Shown one piece after another: positions 39,979 to 49,926 of a DNA stretch of 64,000 bases. Where the stretch lies: the NCBI RefSeq assembly GCF_046542825.1, contig NZ_JBKHAQ010000002.1, positions 5,407-69,406 of the forward strand. Direction: 5' to 3'. This DNA is from Rhodosalinus sp. (GTDB taxonomy: Bacteria > Pseudomonadota > Alphaproteobacteria > Rhodobacterales > Rhodobacteraceae). A program made the translations under genes and the position numbers. Under the pieces are notes generated by a model. The model made no database searches, was not told where the DNA came from, and worked only from the letters and a program-made list of their open reading frames with translations. Position 1 is the stretch's first letter. Every line of letters begins with the position of its first letter.

Positions 39979-40854
39979 TCAGTTGATCAAGCCGGCGTGG
40001 CGCATCGCGTCCCGCACGCGCGCCTTCGTGCCCTCTGTCAGACCGACGAGCGGCAGCCGCGTGTCGGGCTCGCACAGGTCCAGCACCGACAGGCCGAACT
40101 TCGCCCCCACCAGCCCCGGCTCCGCAAAGATCGCCTTGTGCAGCGGCATCAGCCGGTCCTGGATCGACAGCGCGCGGGCGTAGTCGTTGGCGAGGCAGGC
40201 CTCCTGCATCTCGGCACAGAGCCGCGGCGCCACGTTGGCCGTCACCGAAATGCAGCCGCGGCCGCCCTGCGCGTTGAAGCCGTGCGCGGTGGCATCCTCG
40301 CCCGAGATCTGCAGGAAATCGGGGCCGCAGAGCATCCGCTGCCGGCAGACACGGTCCAGATCGCCGGTCGCGTCCTTCACTCCCACGATGCGCGGCAGGC
40401 GCGCAAGCTCCGCCATCGTCTCCACGGACATGTCCACGGCCGAGCGGCCGGGGATGTTGTAGATGATGATCGGCAGTCCGGCGCAGTCGTGCAGCGCGCG
40501 GAAATGCGCGATCAGCCCGGCCTGCGTGGGCTTGTTGTAATAGGGCGTGACCACCAGCGCGCCATCGGCGCCCACCCGCTCTGCATGCTGGGTGAAGCGG
40601 ATCGCCTCGTTCGTGTTGTTGGACCCGGTGCCGGCGATCACCGGCAGCCGCCCCGCGGCAAAACGAACGACAGAGGCCACGACCTCCTCGTGTTCGGCAT
40701 GGGTCAGCGTGGGGCTTTCGCCAGTGGTGCCCACGGCAACAAGGCCGTGGCTGCCCTCTGCCACGTGCCAGTCCACCAGCCGTTCCAGCGCGGCGTAATC
40801 CACCGCGCCGTCCCGGAACGGCGTGACCAGCGCGGGCAGCGATCCCTGGAACAT
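39979..40854 (-). CDS. dapA: 4-hydroxy-tetrahydrodipicolinate synthase
   Basis: [34 protein letters not shown]; AAGGAG RBS. Confidence 0.96.
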   Translation of the reverse strand: MFQGSLPALVTPFRDGAVDYAALERLVDWHVAEGSHGLVAVGTTGESPTLTHAEHEEVVASVVRFAAGRLPVIAGTGSNNTNEAIRFTQHAERVGADGALVVTPYYNKPTQAGLIAHFRALHDCAGLPIIIYNIPGRSAVDMSVETMAELARLPRIVGVKDATGDLDRVCRQRMLCGPDFLQISGEDATAHGFNAQGGRGCISVTANVAPRLCAEMQEACLANDYARALSIQDRLMPLHKAIFAEPGLVGAKFGLSVLDLCEPDTRLPLVGLTEGTKARVRDAMRHAGLIN

Positions 40855-40982
40855 GACGCGCTCCTTCGTCCTTCTGCGAGCCGCGCGCGCCCGGCGATCG
40901 CCCGCCCAGGCCGGCGAGACGCCCTTGCTGCACCGTGCGGCCGCGATAATCTGCGCGTGTCTATGTTGCGCGGGAGGCCGGA

Positions 40983-42968
40983 ATGCAAGCCGTAACCGTC
41001 CCTGCCGTGCGCCGCGCCGCCGGTCTGCTGCTGGCGCTTGCCGTCCTCCTGACCGCAGCAGCAGCCACCGCGCAACCGGCCGCCCCGCGGGCGCTGGACG
41101 AGGCGATGGATGCCCTGCGTGCGGGTGACTGGACACGCGCCGCCGAACTCGGGCAGCGCGACGGTCCGGCAGCCGCCGACGTGATCGAATGGCACCGCCT
41201 GCGCGAGGGTCGCGGCAGCGCGGAGGAGGTCATGGATTTCCTCTCGCGGAACCCGGACTGGCCCGGCCTCGACTGGCTGCGCCGCCGGTCGGAGGCGGCG
41301 ATCGCCAAGGCGGACCCGGCGACGGTGCGTGCCTTCTTCGCGGAGAACCTTCCGCAGACGGGCGAGGGCGCGCTCGCCCATGCCGCAGCGCTCGAGGCCG
41401 CAGGGGAGACGGGCGCGGCGCAGGCGGAACTCGTGCTGGCGTGGCGCACACGGCCGCTGTCGGCCGCAGAGCACGCGTCGTTCGTCGCGCGCCATGGCGC
41501 GCTGCTGGCACCGCATCACACCGCGCGACTCGACATGGCGCTCTGGCAGGAGTGGCAGGACAACGCGCGCGCGATGCTTCCGCTGGTGCCGGAAGGATGG
41601 CGCGCGCTTGCAGAGGCGCGACTGGCGCTCGCCGCCGATGCGCCGGGCGTCGACACGCGGATCGCCGCGGTGCCCGCGCCGCTGGCAGATCATCCCGGCC
41701 TTGCCTACGAGCGCTTCGCCTGGCGGTTGCGGCGCGGACGCCTCGAGGATGCGGCGGACCTGCTGCTGGCGCAGAGCGACAGCGCCGAGACGCTGGGCGA
41801 GCCCGCCGTCTGGGCCGGGCCCCGCCGCACCCTCGCGCGGCTGCTCAAGCAGGAGGGGCGGCACGAGCTGGCCTATCGCGTGGCGGCCAGCCATCACACG
41901 GCGGCCATGGTCGGCTACGTCAGCGCCGAACTGGAATGGATCGCCGGCTATCTCGCGTTGCGCCACCTCGACCGGCCCGATGATGCGGTCGCTCACTTCG
42001 CCCGTTTCGCACAGGGCGTCGCTTCGCCGATCTCGCTGGGGCGCGCGGGCTACTGGCTGGGCCGCGCGCAGGAGGCGGCGGGCAATGCAGAGGGCGCCGC
42101 CGAGGCCTATGCGCTGGGCGCGGCGCATCAGAGCAGTTTCTACGGCCTGCTCGCGGCAGAGCGCGGCGGGCTGCCCTTCGATGCGACACTCGCGGGCGAT
42201 GCGCCCGCGCCCGACTGGACGGGCGCCGCCTTCACCGACAGTTCGGTCTTTCGCGCGGGCGTCCTGCTGCTGGCGGCGGAAGAGCGGCGGCTGGGCGAAC
42301 GCTTCCTCACCCATCTCGCCGAAAGCCTCGACCCGAAGGCGCTGGCGCAACTGGGCGCCATGCTGGATGACCTGGAAGAGCCACACGTCGCGGTCATGGT
42401 CGGCAAGCGGGCGGCACAGCGCGGAATTGTCGTGCCCGCCTCCTACTACGCGCTGCACCCGATGGCCGGCACAGGCTGGCCCGTGCCCACCGAACTCGCC
42501 CTCGCCATCGCGCGGAGGGAAAGCGAGTTCGACCCCTCGGTGGTCAGCGGCGCCGGCGCGCGCGGGTTGATGCAGGTGATGCCGGACACCGCGCGCGAGG
42601 TCGCGGGGCGGCTGGGGCTGGGCTACGACCACGACCGGCTGCTGAGCGACTGGACATTCAACGCGCAGCTCGGCACGGCCTACCTTGCCGAACTGGTGGA
42701 ACGCTTCGAGGGCAACCCCGTGCTGGTGGCCGCGGCCTACAACGCCGGCCCCGCGCGCCCGATCCGCTGGACACGGGAGCTTGGCGACCCGCGCGATCCG
42801 GAGGTGGATGTCGTGGACTGGATCGAATCGATCCCGTTCGCGGAGACCCGCAACTACGTCATGCGCGTGACCGAGAGCTTGCCGGTCTACCGTGCCCGCC
42901 TGGGACTGTCCCCGCATCCGGTGCCCTTTTCCGAAGAACTCAAGGGCCAGACTCTGCACGGCGGCTAG
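40983..42968 (+). CDS. slt: Soluble lytic murein transglycosylase (Slt70-like)
   Basis: Signal peptide, helical body, [34 protein letters not shown]. Confidence 0.9.
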   Translation: MQAVTVPAVRRAAGLLLALAVLLTAAAATAQPAAPRALDEAMDALRAGDWTRAAELGQRDGPAAADVIEWHRLREGRGSAEEVMDFLSRNPDWPGLDWLRRRSEAAIAKADPATVRAFFAENLPQTGEGALAHAAALEAAGETGAAQAELVLAWRTRPLSAAEHASFVARHGALLAPHHTARLDMALWQEWQDNARAMLPLVPEGWRALAEARLALAADAPGVDTRIAAVPAPLADHPGLAYERFAWRLRRGRLEDAADLLLAQSDSAETLGEPAVWAGPRRTLARLLKQEGRHELAYRVAASHHTAAMVGYVSAELEWIAGYLALRHLDRPDDAVAHFARFAQGVASPISLGRAGYWLGRAQEAAGNAEGAAEAYALGAAHQSSFYGLLAAERGGLPFDATLAGDAPAPDWTGAAFTDSSVFRAGVLLLAAEERRLGERFLTHLAESLDPKALAQLGAMLDDLEEPHVAVMVGKRAAQRGIVVPASYYALHPMAGTGWPVPTELALAIARRESEFDPSVVSGAGARGLMQVMPDTAREVAGRLGLGYDHDRLLSDWTFNAQLGTAYLAELVERFEGNPVLVAAAYNAGPARPIRWTRELGDPRDPEVDVVDWIESIPFAETRNYVMRVTESLPVYRARLGLSPHPVPFSEELKGQTLHGG

Positions 42969-42978
42969 GGCGCGGCGG

Positions 42979-43054
42979 CGAAGATTTTTCGATCGAAAAA
43001 TCTTCGGATGCGGATGCGATCGGCCTGCGGATTTTCGATCGAAAATCCGCAGGC
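42979..43054. repeat. Paired-palindrome element, family A copy 2
   Basis: Perfect 28-bp CGAAGATTTTTCGATCGAAAAATCTTCG and perfect 32-bp GCCTGCGGATTTTCGATCGAAAATCCGCAGGC. Confidence 0.9.
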
Positions 43055-43067
43055 GCATGTGCCGATG

Positions 43068-43934
43068 TCAGCCACGCAGCTGCGCGCGCCAGAGCGTGAA
43101 GAGCCCCGCGCCCACCACCAGCGCCGCACCCAGCGCCACGTTGGGGGCCACCGTCTCGTCGAAGACCGCGATTCCGATCGCGCTCGCGAAGACGAGCTGG
43201 AGGTAGGCGAAGGGCTGCACCGCGCTCGCCTCCGCAACCTCGTAGCACTTGATCAGCGTGAAATGCCCCAGCGCGCCGGTCAGGCACAAAGAACCCATCC
43301 AGACCCAGTCGGGCGGCGTCATCGGCTCCCAGACCCGGAGGCCTGCGCCGGTCATCACCACCGCGCCCACCACGCCCGTCCAGAAGAAGCTGGTGGCGGC
43401 ACTGTCGGCGCGGGCGGCGAAGCGCGTGAGCAGCCCGTAAAGCGCGAACATCAAGGCGGCGAGCAACGGAACGGCGGCCTCCAGCGCGAAGACGCCGAAG
43501 CCGGGCTCGAGGATGATCAGCACACCCAGGAAGCCAACGCCGATCGCTACCCAGCGCCGCCAACCCACCCGCTCGCCCAGCACCGGGCCAGAGAGCGCCG
43601 CAATCAGCAGCGGATAGCAGGCGAAGACTGCGTGGCTTTCCACCAGGCCCAGCAGCGTGAAGGCCAGCACCATGACGCAGATCTCGACCGACAGCAGCGC
43701 GCCGCGAAAGACCTGCAATCCGGGCTGGCGCGTGGCCGCGGCCGCGCGCAGGCCCCCAGCGCGCCGTGCGGCCACCGTCATCACGAAGGCGGCGAAGAAC
43801 CAGTAGCGGATCATCACCACCATCAGCACGTTGTATTCGCCGGCCAGATGACGAGAGATGCCGTCCTGCACCGCGAAGACGAAGGTGGTGGCCACCATCA
43901 GCCAGATGCCGAGGCGGGTGTCCTGCGCCCTCAT
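43068..43934 (-). CDS. DMT/EamA family transporter
   Basis: About 10 TM segments; LGERVGWRRW, ASAVQPFAYLQL. Confidence 0.9.
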   Translation of the reverse strand: MRAQDTRLGIWLMVATTFVFAVQDGISRHLAGEYNVLMVVMIRYWFFAAFVMTVAARRAGGLRAAAATRQPGLQVFRGALLSVEICVMVLAFTLLGLVESHAVFACYPLLIAALSGPVLGERVGWRRWVAIGVGFLGVLIILEPGFGVFALEAAVPLLAALMFALYGLLTRFAARADSAATSFFWTGVVGAVVMTGAGLRVWEPMTPPDWVWMGSLCLTGALGHFTLIKCYEVAEASAVQPFAYLQLVFASAIGIAVFDETVAPNVALGAALVVGAGLFTLWRAQLRG

Positions 43935-44593
43935 GCCAGCCGTGCGCGCGTCATGTGCCGTTTCGCGCCGTAGCCCGGGGCGCGGGTGACCTCGAAACCC
44001 GCGGCGGCCAGCGCGCGCCGGACGTGGCCCGCGGCGGTGTAGGTGGCCGCCGTGCCGCCCATAGCCGTGTGGCGCGCGACCTCGGCCAGCAGGGCAGGTT
44101 CCCAGAGTTCGGGGTTCTTGGCCGGCGCGAAGCCGTCGAGGAACCACGCATCCGCCTGCCCCGCCCAGTCCGGCAGGGTCCGCCGTGCGTCCCCCTCGAC
44201 CAGGCGGAAGTCAAGGTCGGGCAGGCGGATCGCCGGTGTGCCCCAGTGCGGTGCCAGATCCTCCGCGAGCGGGGCGAGGACCGGAAAGCCCGCCTGCGCG
44301 CGCTGCATCGCCTCTGCCGGCAGCGGCCAGGCCTCGAAGCTGGTGTAGCGCAGCAAGCCTGCCTGCCCGCTCGCGCGCCAGAGCGCGAGCGCGGCCAGCA
44401 GGTTGAGCCCGGTGCCGAAGCCGAGTTCGGCGATGTGAAATCCGGGGCGGAAGCGCGCCGGCAGGCCGTTGCCCGCAAGAAAGACGTGCCGCGTTTCGGC
44501 CAGACCGTCATGAAGCGAGAAGTAGGGGTCGTCGAAGCGCGTCGAGACCGGCACCGCGCCGCGCCATTCGACCCCTGCGCTCTGGTCCTGCAT
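43931..44593 (-). CDS. mnmD: tRNA mnm5s2U34 methyltransferase (stand-alone MnmC methyltransferase domain)
   Basis: FDDPYFS..DGLAETRHVFLAGN, ELGFGTGLN, AWFLDGFAPAKNPELW, GYGAKRHM. Confidence 0.92.
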   Translation of the reverse strand: MQDQSAGVEWRGAVPVSTRFDDPYFSLHDGLAETRHVFLAGNGLPARFRPGFHIAELGFGTGLNLLAALALWRASGQAGLLRYTSFEAWPLPAEAMQRAQAGFPVLAPLAEDLAPHWGTPAIRLPDLDFRLVEGDARRTLPDWAGQADAWFLDGFAPAKNPELWEPALLAEVARHTAMGGTAATYTAAGHVRRALAAAGFEVTRAPGYGAKRHMTRARLA

Positions 44594-44650
44594 CCGTCGC
44601 TGTCCTAGGCTGTCCTTCGACCGGCTGGACACTGGCGAAGGGGCGCGGAA

Positions 44651-45691
44651 ATGACAATGCCAGAGGTGACGGTGCGCGGCGCGGGCATCTTCGGCCTGTC
44701 GGTGGCCTGGGCCTGCGCGCGGCGCGGCGCGCGGGTGACGGTGGCCGATCCGAATGGGGTGGGCGCAGGTGCGTCCGGCGGACTGGTGGGCGCGCTTGCG
44801 CCCCACGCGCCGGAGCAGTGGAGTGAAGCCAAGGCCTTTCAGCTGGAAAGCCTGCTGATGGCGGGCGACTGGTGGGCCGAGGTGCAGGCAACAGGCGGTG
44901 TCGATCCCGGCTACGCCCGCGCGGGCCGCCTGCAGCCCGTTGCGGACGAGGCCGCGCTCGCCCGCGCGCGTGAGCGCATCGCCGGGGCCGAGGCACATTG
45001 GCAGGGGGTCGCGACGTGGGAGGTGATCCGCGCGGACGCGGCAGGGCCCTGGGCGCCGGTGTCGCCCACCGGCTGGCTGGTCCGCGACACACTCTCGGCA
45101 CGCCTGCATCCCCGCCGGGCCTGCGCCTCGCTGGCGGCCGCCCTGCGCGCCCGCGGCGCGTGCATCGGTGCGGACGCGCAGGAGGCCGGACTGACGGTCT
45201 GGGCCACCGGCGCGGCAGGGCTTGCAGAGGCTGACCTGGGGCGCGGCGTGAAAGGGCAGGCCGCGCTTCTGCACTTCGAGGCGCACGAGCATCCGCAGGT
45301 CTACGCGGGCGGCGTGCACATCGTGCCGCACATGGACGGGACCGTGGCGGTGGGCTCGACCACCGAGCGGGACTGGAACGACCCGGACGGCACCGATGCG
45401 CAACTCGAGGACGTGCTGGCGCTGGCCGTGCAGGCGATGCCCGTGCTGTCCGGCGCGCGTGTGGCGGAACGCTGGGCCGGGCTGCGGCCCCGCGCCCGCT
45501 CGCGCGCGCCGGTGCTGGGGCGGCATCCGGCCCGCCCCGGAGCCTTCATCGCCAATGGCGGTTTCAAGATCGGCTTCGGCATGGCCCCTCTGGCAGCAGA
45601 GGTCATGGCGGACCTTCTGCTCGAGGGCCGGGACCGGATACCGGAAAGCTTCCGCCCCGAGAGGAGCCTGACCGCCGCTCTGCGGCCCTGA
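44651..45691 (+). CDS. FAD-dependent oxidoreductase (DAO/glycine oxidase family)
   Basis: GAGIFG, GASGGLVG, VKGQ, WAGLRPR, GGFKIGFGMAP. Confidence 0.88.
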   Translation: MTMPEVTVRGAGIFGLSVAWACARRGARVTVADPNGVGAGASGGLVGALAPHAPEQWSEAKAFQLESLLMAGDWWAEVQATGGVDPGYARAGRLQPVADEAALARARERIAGAEAHWQGVATWEVIRADAAGPWAPVSPTGWLVRDTLSARLHPRRACASLAAALRARGACIGADAQEAGLTVWATGAAGLAEADLGRGVKGQAALLHFEAHEHPQVYAGGVHIVPHMDGTVAVGSTTERDWNDPDGTDAQLEDVLALAVQAMPVLSGARVAERWAGLRPRARSRAPVLGRHPARPGAFIANGGFKIGFGMAPLAAEVMADLLLEGRDRIPESFRPERSLTAALRP

Positions 45692-45698
45692 CGGGGCC

Positions 45699-46241
45699 TT
45701 ACCGCTCTGCCGCGTCCCGCAGCCGCGCCATGAGCGTGTCCAGAGACGTCGCATAGCTTTCGGTCACCAGCCGGTCCCCGGCGTCGAAATGATCCCCGGC
45801 GCCTGCCACCATCACCATCGGATACTCCAGCACGGCGGGCCGGAGCGGAACCAGACAGGCACGCAGCATGTATTGCCCGGTCTCGCCGCCGGTTCGTCCG
45901 GCATTGGCCGAGATCACGGCGGTTGGCTTGTCGCCCAGCGGGAAGCCTTCTGCCCGGCTGATCCAGTCGAGCGCGTTCTTCATCACGCCCGTCACGCCCT
46001 TGTTGTATTCGGGCGAGGCGATCACGACCGCGTCGGCCAGCGCGACCGCCTCGGTCAGCCGGCGCACGGACTCTGGCAGGCCCTCGCGCTCTTCAAGGTC
46101 GCCGTCGTAGAGCGGCAGGCGGAGGTCGCCCTCCAGATAGGTCGCGGGCGCGAAGCGGCGCACCGCCTCTGCCAGCAGCTTGCGGTTGAACGAGCCCGCG
46201 CGCAGCGACCCGGACATGCCAAGAAGCGTGAGATCGGCCAT
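45699..46241 (-). CDS. NADPH-dependent FMN reductase
   Basis: SGSLRAGSFN, LPLYDGD, SPEYNKGVTGVMKNALDW. Confidence 0.92.
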   Translation of the reverse strand: MADLTLLGMSGSLRAGSFNRKLLAEAVRRFAPATYLEGDLRLPLYDGDLEEREGLPESVRRLTEAVALADAVVIASPEYNKGVTGVMKNALDWISRAEGFPLGDKPTAVISANAGRTGGETGQYMLRACLVPLRPAVLEYPMVMVAGAGDHFDAGDRLVTESYATSLDTLMARLRDAAER

Positions 46242-46313
46242 TCCTGCTCCACTATTGCCAGATGCTGCATAGCTGGGACAGACTACAGGAACGACAAGGG
46301 CAAAGGAGCCGCC

Positions 46314-46511
46314 AAGCCCTCCGCGACCGCCTCGCAGCCGTTCGGGGTCCTGTTTCGTTCCGAGGCGCCGGAGGAAGAGGCGCGGCCGGCTCCGCGCCCG
46401 GGCCGGAGCGCGCCGCTCCTGATGGGCGACATCGTGACGGCTCACCGCGGCGAGACGCTGTTCCTGTCCGAGTGGCGCCGCGCCGAGGCCGCGCGCGACG
46501 CGACAGGCTGA
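46314..46511 (+). pseudogene. Possible small ORF or gene remnant whose start codon reads AAG
   Basis: AAAGGAG + 5 nt + AAG, then 65 open codons with coding-like GC3 ending LFLSEWRRAEAARDATG*; internal ATG at about 46422 gives only 29 aa. Confidence 0.35.
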
Positions 46512-46586
46512 CTTCGGCCCCCTATCCGGAACCAAGCCGCCGCTGCACGCCGCGCGATCCTCTTGCGTCGACATGCACTGGGGCGC

Positions 46587-46657
46587 GCGATTTTTCGGAC
46601 GAAAAATCGCCATACGCCCGGCGAGTCTTCCGAAGAATTTTCGATCGAAAATTCTTC
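46587..46657. repeat. Paired-palindrome element, family A copy 3
   Basis: GCGATTTTTCG-GA-CGAAAAATCGC and perfect 26-bp GAAGAATTTTCGATCGAAAATTCTTC. Confidence 0.88.
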
Positions 46658-46768
46658 TTCAGGCGGATGGGTGCTCGTGGACCGCGATCGGGTCACGCGC
46701 GACACCGTCCTTCGATGGTCTGGAATGCCCCTGTTGCATTGCCGCGTCGGCCAGCGCCGAAGGCAAGA

Positions 46769-47641
46769 TCAGGCGACCTCGAAGGTCGGGTGGAAGCGCC
46801 CCGCGGGCGACAGGGTGAAGATGTCCGCGCCGTCGCGGGTCACGCCGACCGAATGCTCGAACTGTGCCGAGAGCGACTTGTCGCGGGTGATCGCGGTCCA
46901 GTCGTCGGCCAGCACCTTCGTCTCGGGGCGCCCGAGGTTCACCATCGGCTCGATGGTGAAGAACATCCCTTCCTCCAGCACAGGGCCGGTGCCGGCGCGG
47001 CCGTAGTGCAGCACGTTCGGCGGGGCGTGGAAGACACGACCCAGACCGTGACCGCAGAAGTCGCGGACCACAGACATGCCCTGCGCCTCGACGAAGGACT
47101 GGATCGCGTGGCCGATGTCGCCGAAGGTGTTGCCTGGCTTCACGGCTTCGATCCCAAGCATCAGCGCGTCGTGCGTCACCTGAATCAGCCGCCTTGCATA
47201 GGGTTTGGGCTCTCCGGCGACATACATCCGCGAAGAGTCGCCGTACCAGCCGTCGACGATCACCGTGACATCGACATTCAGGATATCGCCGTCCTTGAGC
47301 ACGTCGTCGGTCCGCGCGAAGGAGTCGTTCTTCCATTTCGGGATCTTGCTGCCCGGGATGCCGTGGCAGACGACGTGGTTCACGCTGATGCATGACGCGT
47401 GCCGATAGCCCTTGTAGCCGATGGTGGCGGATTGCGCGCCCGCCTGATCCACCCGGCGGGTGATGTAGGCGTCGATCTCGGCCGTGGTGGCGCCGGGGCG
47501 CACCAGCGCGATCACCTCGTCGAGGATCTCGGCGGCGAGCCGTCCGGCCTTGTGCATTCCGGCGAAATCGGCCGGGTCGTGGATGCGGATGCCGTCGCGT
47601 GTCAGGCGCCCGCGGTGATCCTGGTTCAAGTCGCGCTCCAT
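46769..47641 (-). CDS. map: Methionine aminopeptidase type I
   Basis: CISVNHVVCHGIP, NVDVT..DGWYGDSSR, FCGHGLG..FH, FTIEPM, SAQFEHS. Confidence 0.96.
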   Translation of the reverse strand: MERDLNQDHRGRLTRDGIRIHDPADFAGMHKAGRLAAEILDEVIALVRPGATTAEIDAYITRRVDQAGAQSATIGYKGYRHASCISVNHVVCHGIPGSKIPKWKNDSFARTDDVLKDGDILNVDVTVIVDGWYGDSSRMYVAGEPKPYARRLIQVTHDALMLGIEAVKPGNTFGDIGHAIQSFVEAQGMSVVRDFCGHGLGRVFHAPPNVLHYGRAGTGPVLEEGMFFTIEPMVNLGRPETKVLADDWTAITRDKSLSAQFEHSVGVTRDGADIFTLSPAGRFHPTFEVA

Positions 47642-47705
47642 CGGCGGTCTCTCCGTCACCCCGTCATTTATGCAATTTTGTCTCCAAGGGCCAGTGCACC
47701 GCCTG

Positions 47706-48413
47706 TCACGGCACCAGGAGGCGGAGGAGCCCCGCCGCCTCGATGCCCTCCGGCTTGATCCGGGTGCCGAGCGCCAGCGCCTCGACGCCGTCCGCGCGCG
47801 CGGCGGCGAAGGCCGCGGCATAGCCCGGGTCGATGTCGGCAGCGAGCCCCACCTCGCGCGCATCCGTCCGCTGCACGAGGTAGAGCAGGACGGCGCGATG
47901 CCCTGCCCGCGCCATCGCGGCAAGCTCGGCCAGGTGCCGTGCGCCGCGCGCCGTGACCGCGTCGGGAAACTCGGCCCGCCCCGCCGCGCGGCTCAGGGTG
48001 ACGCTTTTCACCTCGACGTAGGCGTCCGGCCGCCCGCCGCCGGACAGCAGGAAGTCCACGCGGCTCTTCTCGCCGTAGCGCACCTCGGGGCGCAGGCTGT
48101 CGTATCCGGCCAGGTCCGCCACGGCGCCGGCCTCCAGCGCCTCGCGGACGATCCGGTTGGCGGCCCCCGGGTCGACGCCGGTGAAATGGCCATCCGGGTG
48201 CTCCACCAGCCGCCAGGCGAACCTCAGCTTCCGCTTCGGGTCGTCGTTGGGCTCCAGCCAGATGCGCGCGCCGGGCTCGGCCAGGCCCAGCATCGAGCCG
48301 GGGTTGCCGACATGCGCCGTCACCTCGCGCCCGTCGTCCAGCCGCGCGTCGGCGAGGAAGCGCTTGTAGCGGCGGATCAGCCGGCCGGGCAGCAGAGGGG
48401 TTTGAAAGCGCAT
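47706..48413 (-). CDS. sfsA: DNA/RNA nuclease SfsA
   Basis: RRYKRFLAD, NPGSM, SRVDFLL, YVEVKSVTL, FPDAVTARGARHL. Confidence 0.94.
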   Translation of the reverse strand: MRFQTPLLPGRLIRRYKRFLADARLDDGREVTAHVGNPGSMLGLAEPGARIWLEPNDDPKRKLRFAWRLVEHPDGHFTGVDPGAANRIVREALEAGAVADLAGYDSLRPEVRYGEKSRVDFLLSGGGRPDAYVEVKSVTLSRAAGRAEFPDAVTARGARHLAELAAMARAGHRAVLLYLVQRTDAREVGLAADIDPGYAAAFAAARADGVEALALGTRIKPEGIEAAGLLRLLVP

Positions 48414-48463
48414 GACGCCGCGCTTACAAGGGCGCAACCAGCCCGGCAAGGAGCGTCACTGCC

Positions 48464-49186
48464 ATGCCCAATCCCACCGCCGCGATGCTCGTGATCGGGG
48501 ACGAGATCCTCTCCGGACGGACGCGCGATTCCAACATGCATCATCTTGCGGGCGAGTTGACGCGCGTGGGCATCGACCTGCGCGAGGTGCGCGTGGTGCC
48601 CGACGACCGCGCCGCCATCATCGCTGCAGTCCAGGCGCTCGCGGAGCGGTGGGATCACCTCTTCACCTCGGGCGGGATCGGCCCCACCCATGACGACATC
48701 ACGGCAGAGGCGGTCGCGGCGGCCTTCGGCCTGCCCATCGGCGTGCGCGCCGACGCCCGCGCGGTGCTGCAGGCGCATTACGACGCGCAGGGGCTTGAGC
48801 TGAACGAGGCGCGGCTGAGGATGGCGCGCATCCCCGAGGGCGCCACGCTGATCGAGAACCCGATCTCGGCCGCGCCGGGCTTCACGCTTCGCAACGTGCA
48901 TGTCATGGCGGGCGTGCCCACGATCTTCGAGGCGATGGTGGCCAGCGTTCTGGCGACGCTGGTGGGCGGTGCGCCGCTCCTGTCGCAGACGATCACCGTG
49001 CAGCGGGGCGAAGGCGACGTGGCGCCGATCCTGAGCGAGGTGGCAGAGGCGTTCCCCGATCTCTCCGTCGGCTCCTACCCGTTCCTGCGCGGGGGCGTGC
49101 ACGGGGTCAACGTGGTGGTGCGGGGCACCGACAAGGCGCAGGTGGACGCGGCGATGACGCGGCTTTCGGGAATGCTGGAGGCATGA
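48464..49186 (+). CDS. CinA-N / molybdopterin-binding (COG1058) protein
   Basis: IGDEILSGRTRDSN, TSGGIGPTHDDIT, NPISAAPGF, MAGVP. Confidence 0.9.
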   Translation: MPNPTAAMLVIGDEILSGRTRDSNMHHLAGELTRVGIDLREVRVVPDDRAAIIAAVQALAERWDHLFTSGGIGPTHDDITAEAVAAAFGLPIGVRADARAVLQAHYDAQGLELNEARLRMARIPEGATLIENPISAAPGFTLRNVHVMAGVPTIFEAMVASVLATLVGGAPLLSQTITVQRGEGDVAPILSEVAEAFPDLSVGSYPFLRGGVHGVNVVVRGTDKAQVDAAMTRLSGMLEA

Positions 49187-49923
49187 GCGCCGAGGCGCTG
49201 GCCCTGCTGGAGGTGAACGAGGCGACATGGCCGCCCGCGCGTCGGTGGCGGCTGGGTCCCTGGATTCTGCGGGACGGGCAGGGCGGCGGCAAGCGCGTCT
49301 CTGCCGCCACGGTGGCCGAGCATGGCGTGGTGCCCGACGCCCCCGCGCTGGCCGAGGCAGAAGCGGCGATGGCCGGGATGCGGCAGGCACCGCTCGTCAT
49401 GGTGCGGCCCGGCGAAGAGGCGCTGGATGCGATGCTGGAGCGGGCAGGGTATGCCATGCTCGACCCCAGCGTGATCTACGCGGCCCCCATCGGGCGGCTG
49501 ACCGACCGCGCGGTGCCGCGGCTGGCCGCGCTCACCGTCTGGGAACCCCTGCAGATCATGCGCGAGATCTGGACCGCGCACGGCTTCGGCCCCGCGCGGC
49601 AGGCGGTGATGGAGCGCGCGCCGCAACCCAAGACCGGGCTGCTGGCGCGGCAGAACGACCACCCGGCCGGCACCGGCTTCGTCGCGGTCCATGACGGCGT
49701 GGCGATGGTGCACGCGCTGGTCGTCGTGCCGGGCGAGCGGCGGCAGGGAGCGGCGGAATGGTTCATGCGCGGCGCGGCCGTCTGGGCCGAGGCGCACGGT
49801 GCCACCCGGATCGCCGCCATCGCCACGCGCGACAACGCGGCGGCGGCGGGGCTTTATGGCAAGCTCGGGATGGGGCAGGCTGGGGTCTATCATTACCGCA
49901 TCAAGCCCGTGGAGGGGCGCTGA
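49183..49923 (+). CDS. GNAT family N-acetyltransferase
   Basis: ATWP, GGGKRVSAA, RRQGAA, NAAAAGLYGKLG. Confidence 0.85.
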   Translation: MSAEALALLEVNEATWPPARRWRLGPWILRDGQGGGKRVSAATVAEHGVVPDAPALAEAEAAMAGMRQAPLVMVRPGEEALDAMLERAGYAMLDPSVIYAAPIGRLTDRAVPRLAALTVWEPLQIMREIWTAHGFGPARQAVMERAPQPKTGLLARQNDHPAGTGFVAVHDGVAMVHALVVVPGERRQGAAEWFMRGAAVWAEAHGATRIAAIATRDNAAAAGLYGKLGMGQAGVYHYRIKPVEGR

Positions 49924-49926
49924 GAG

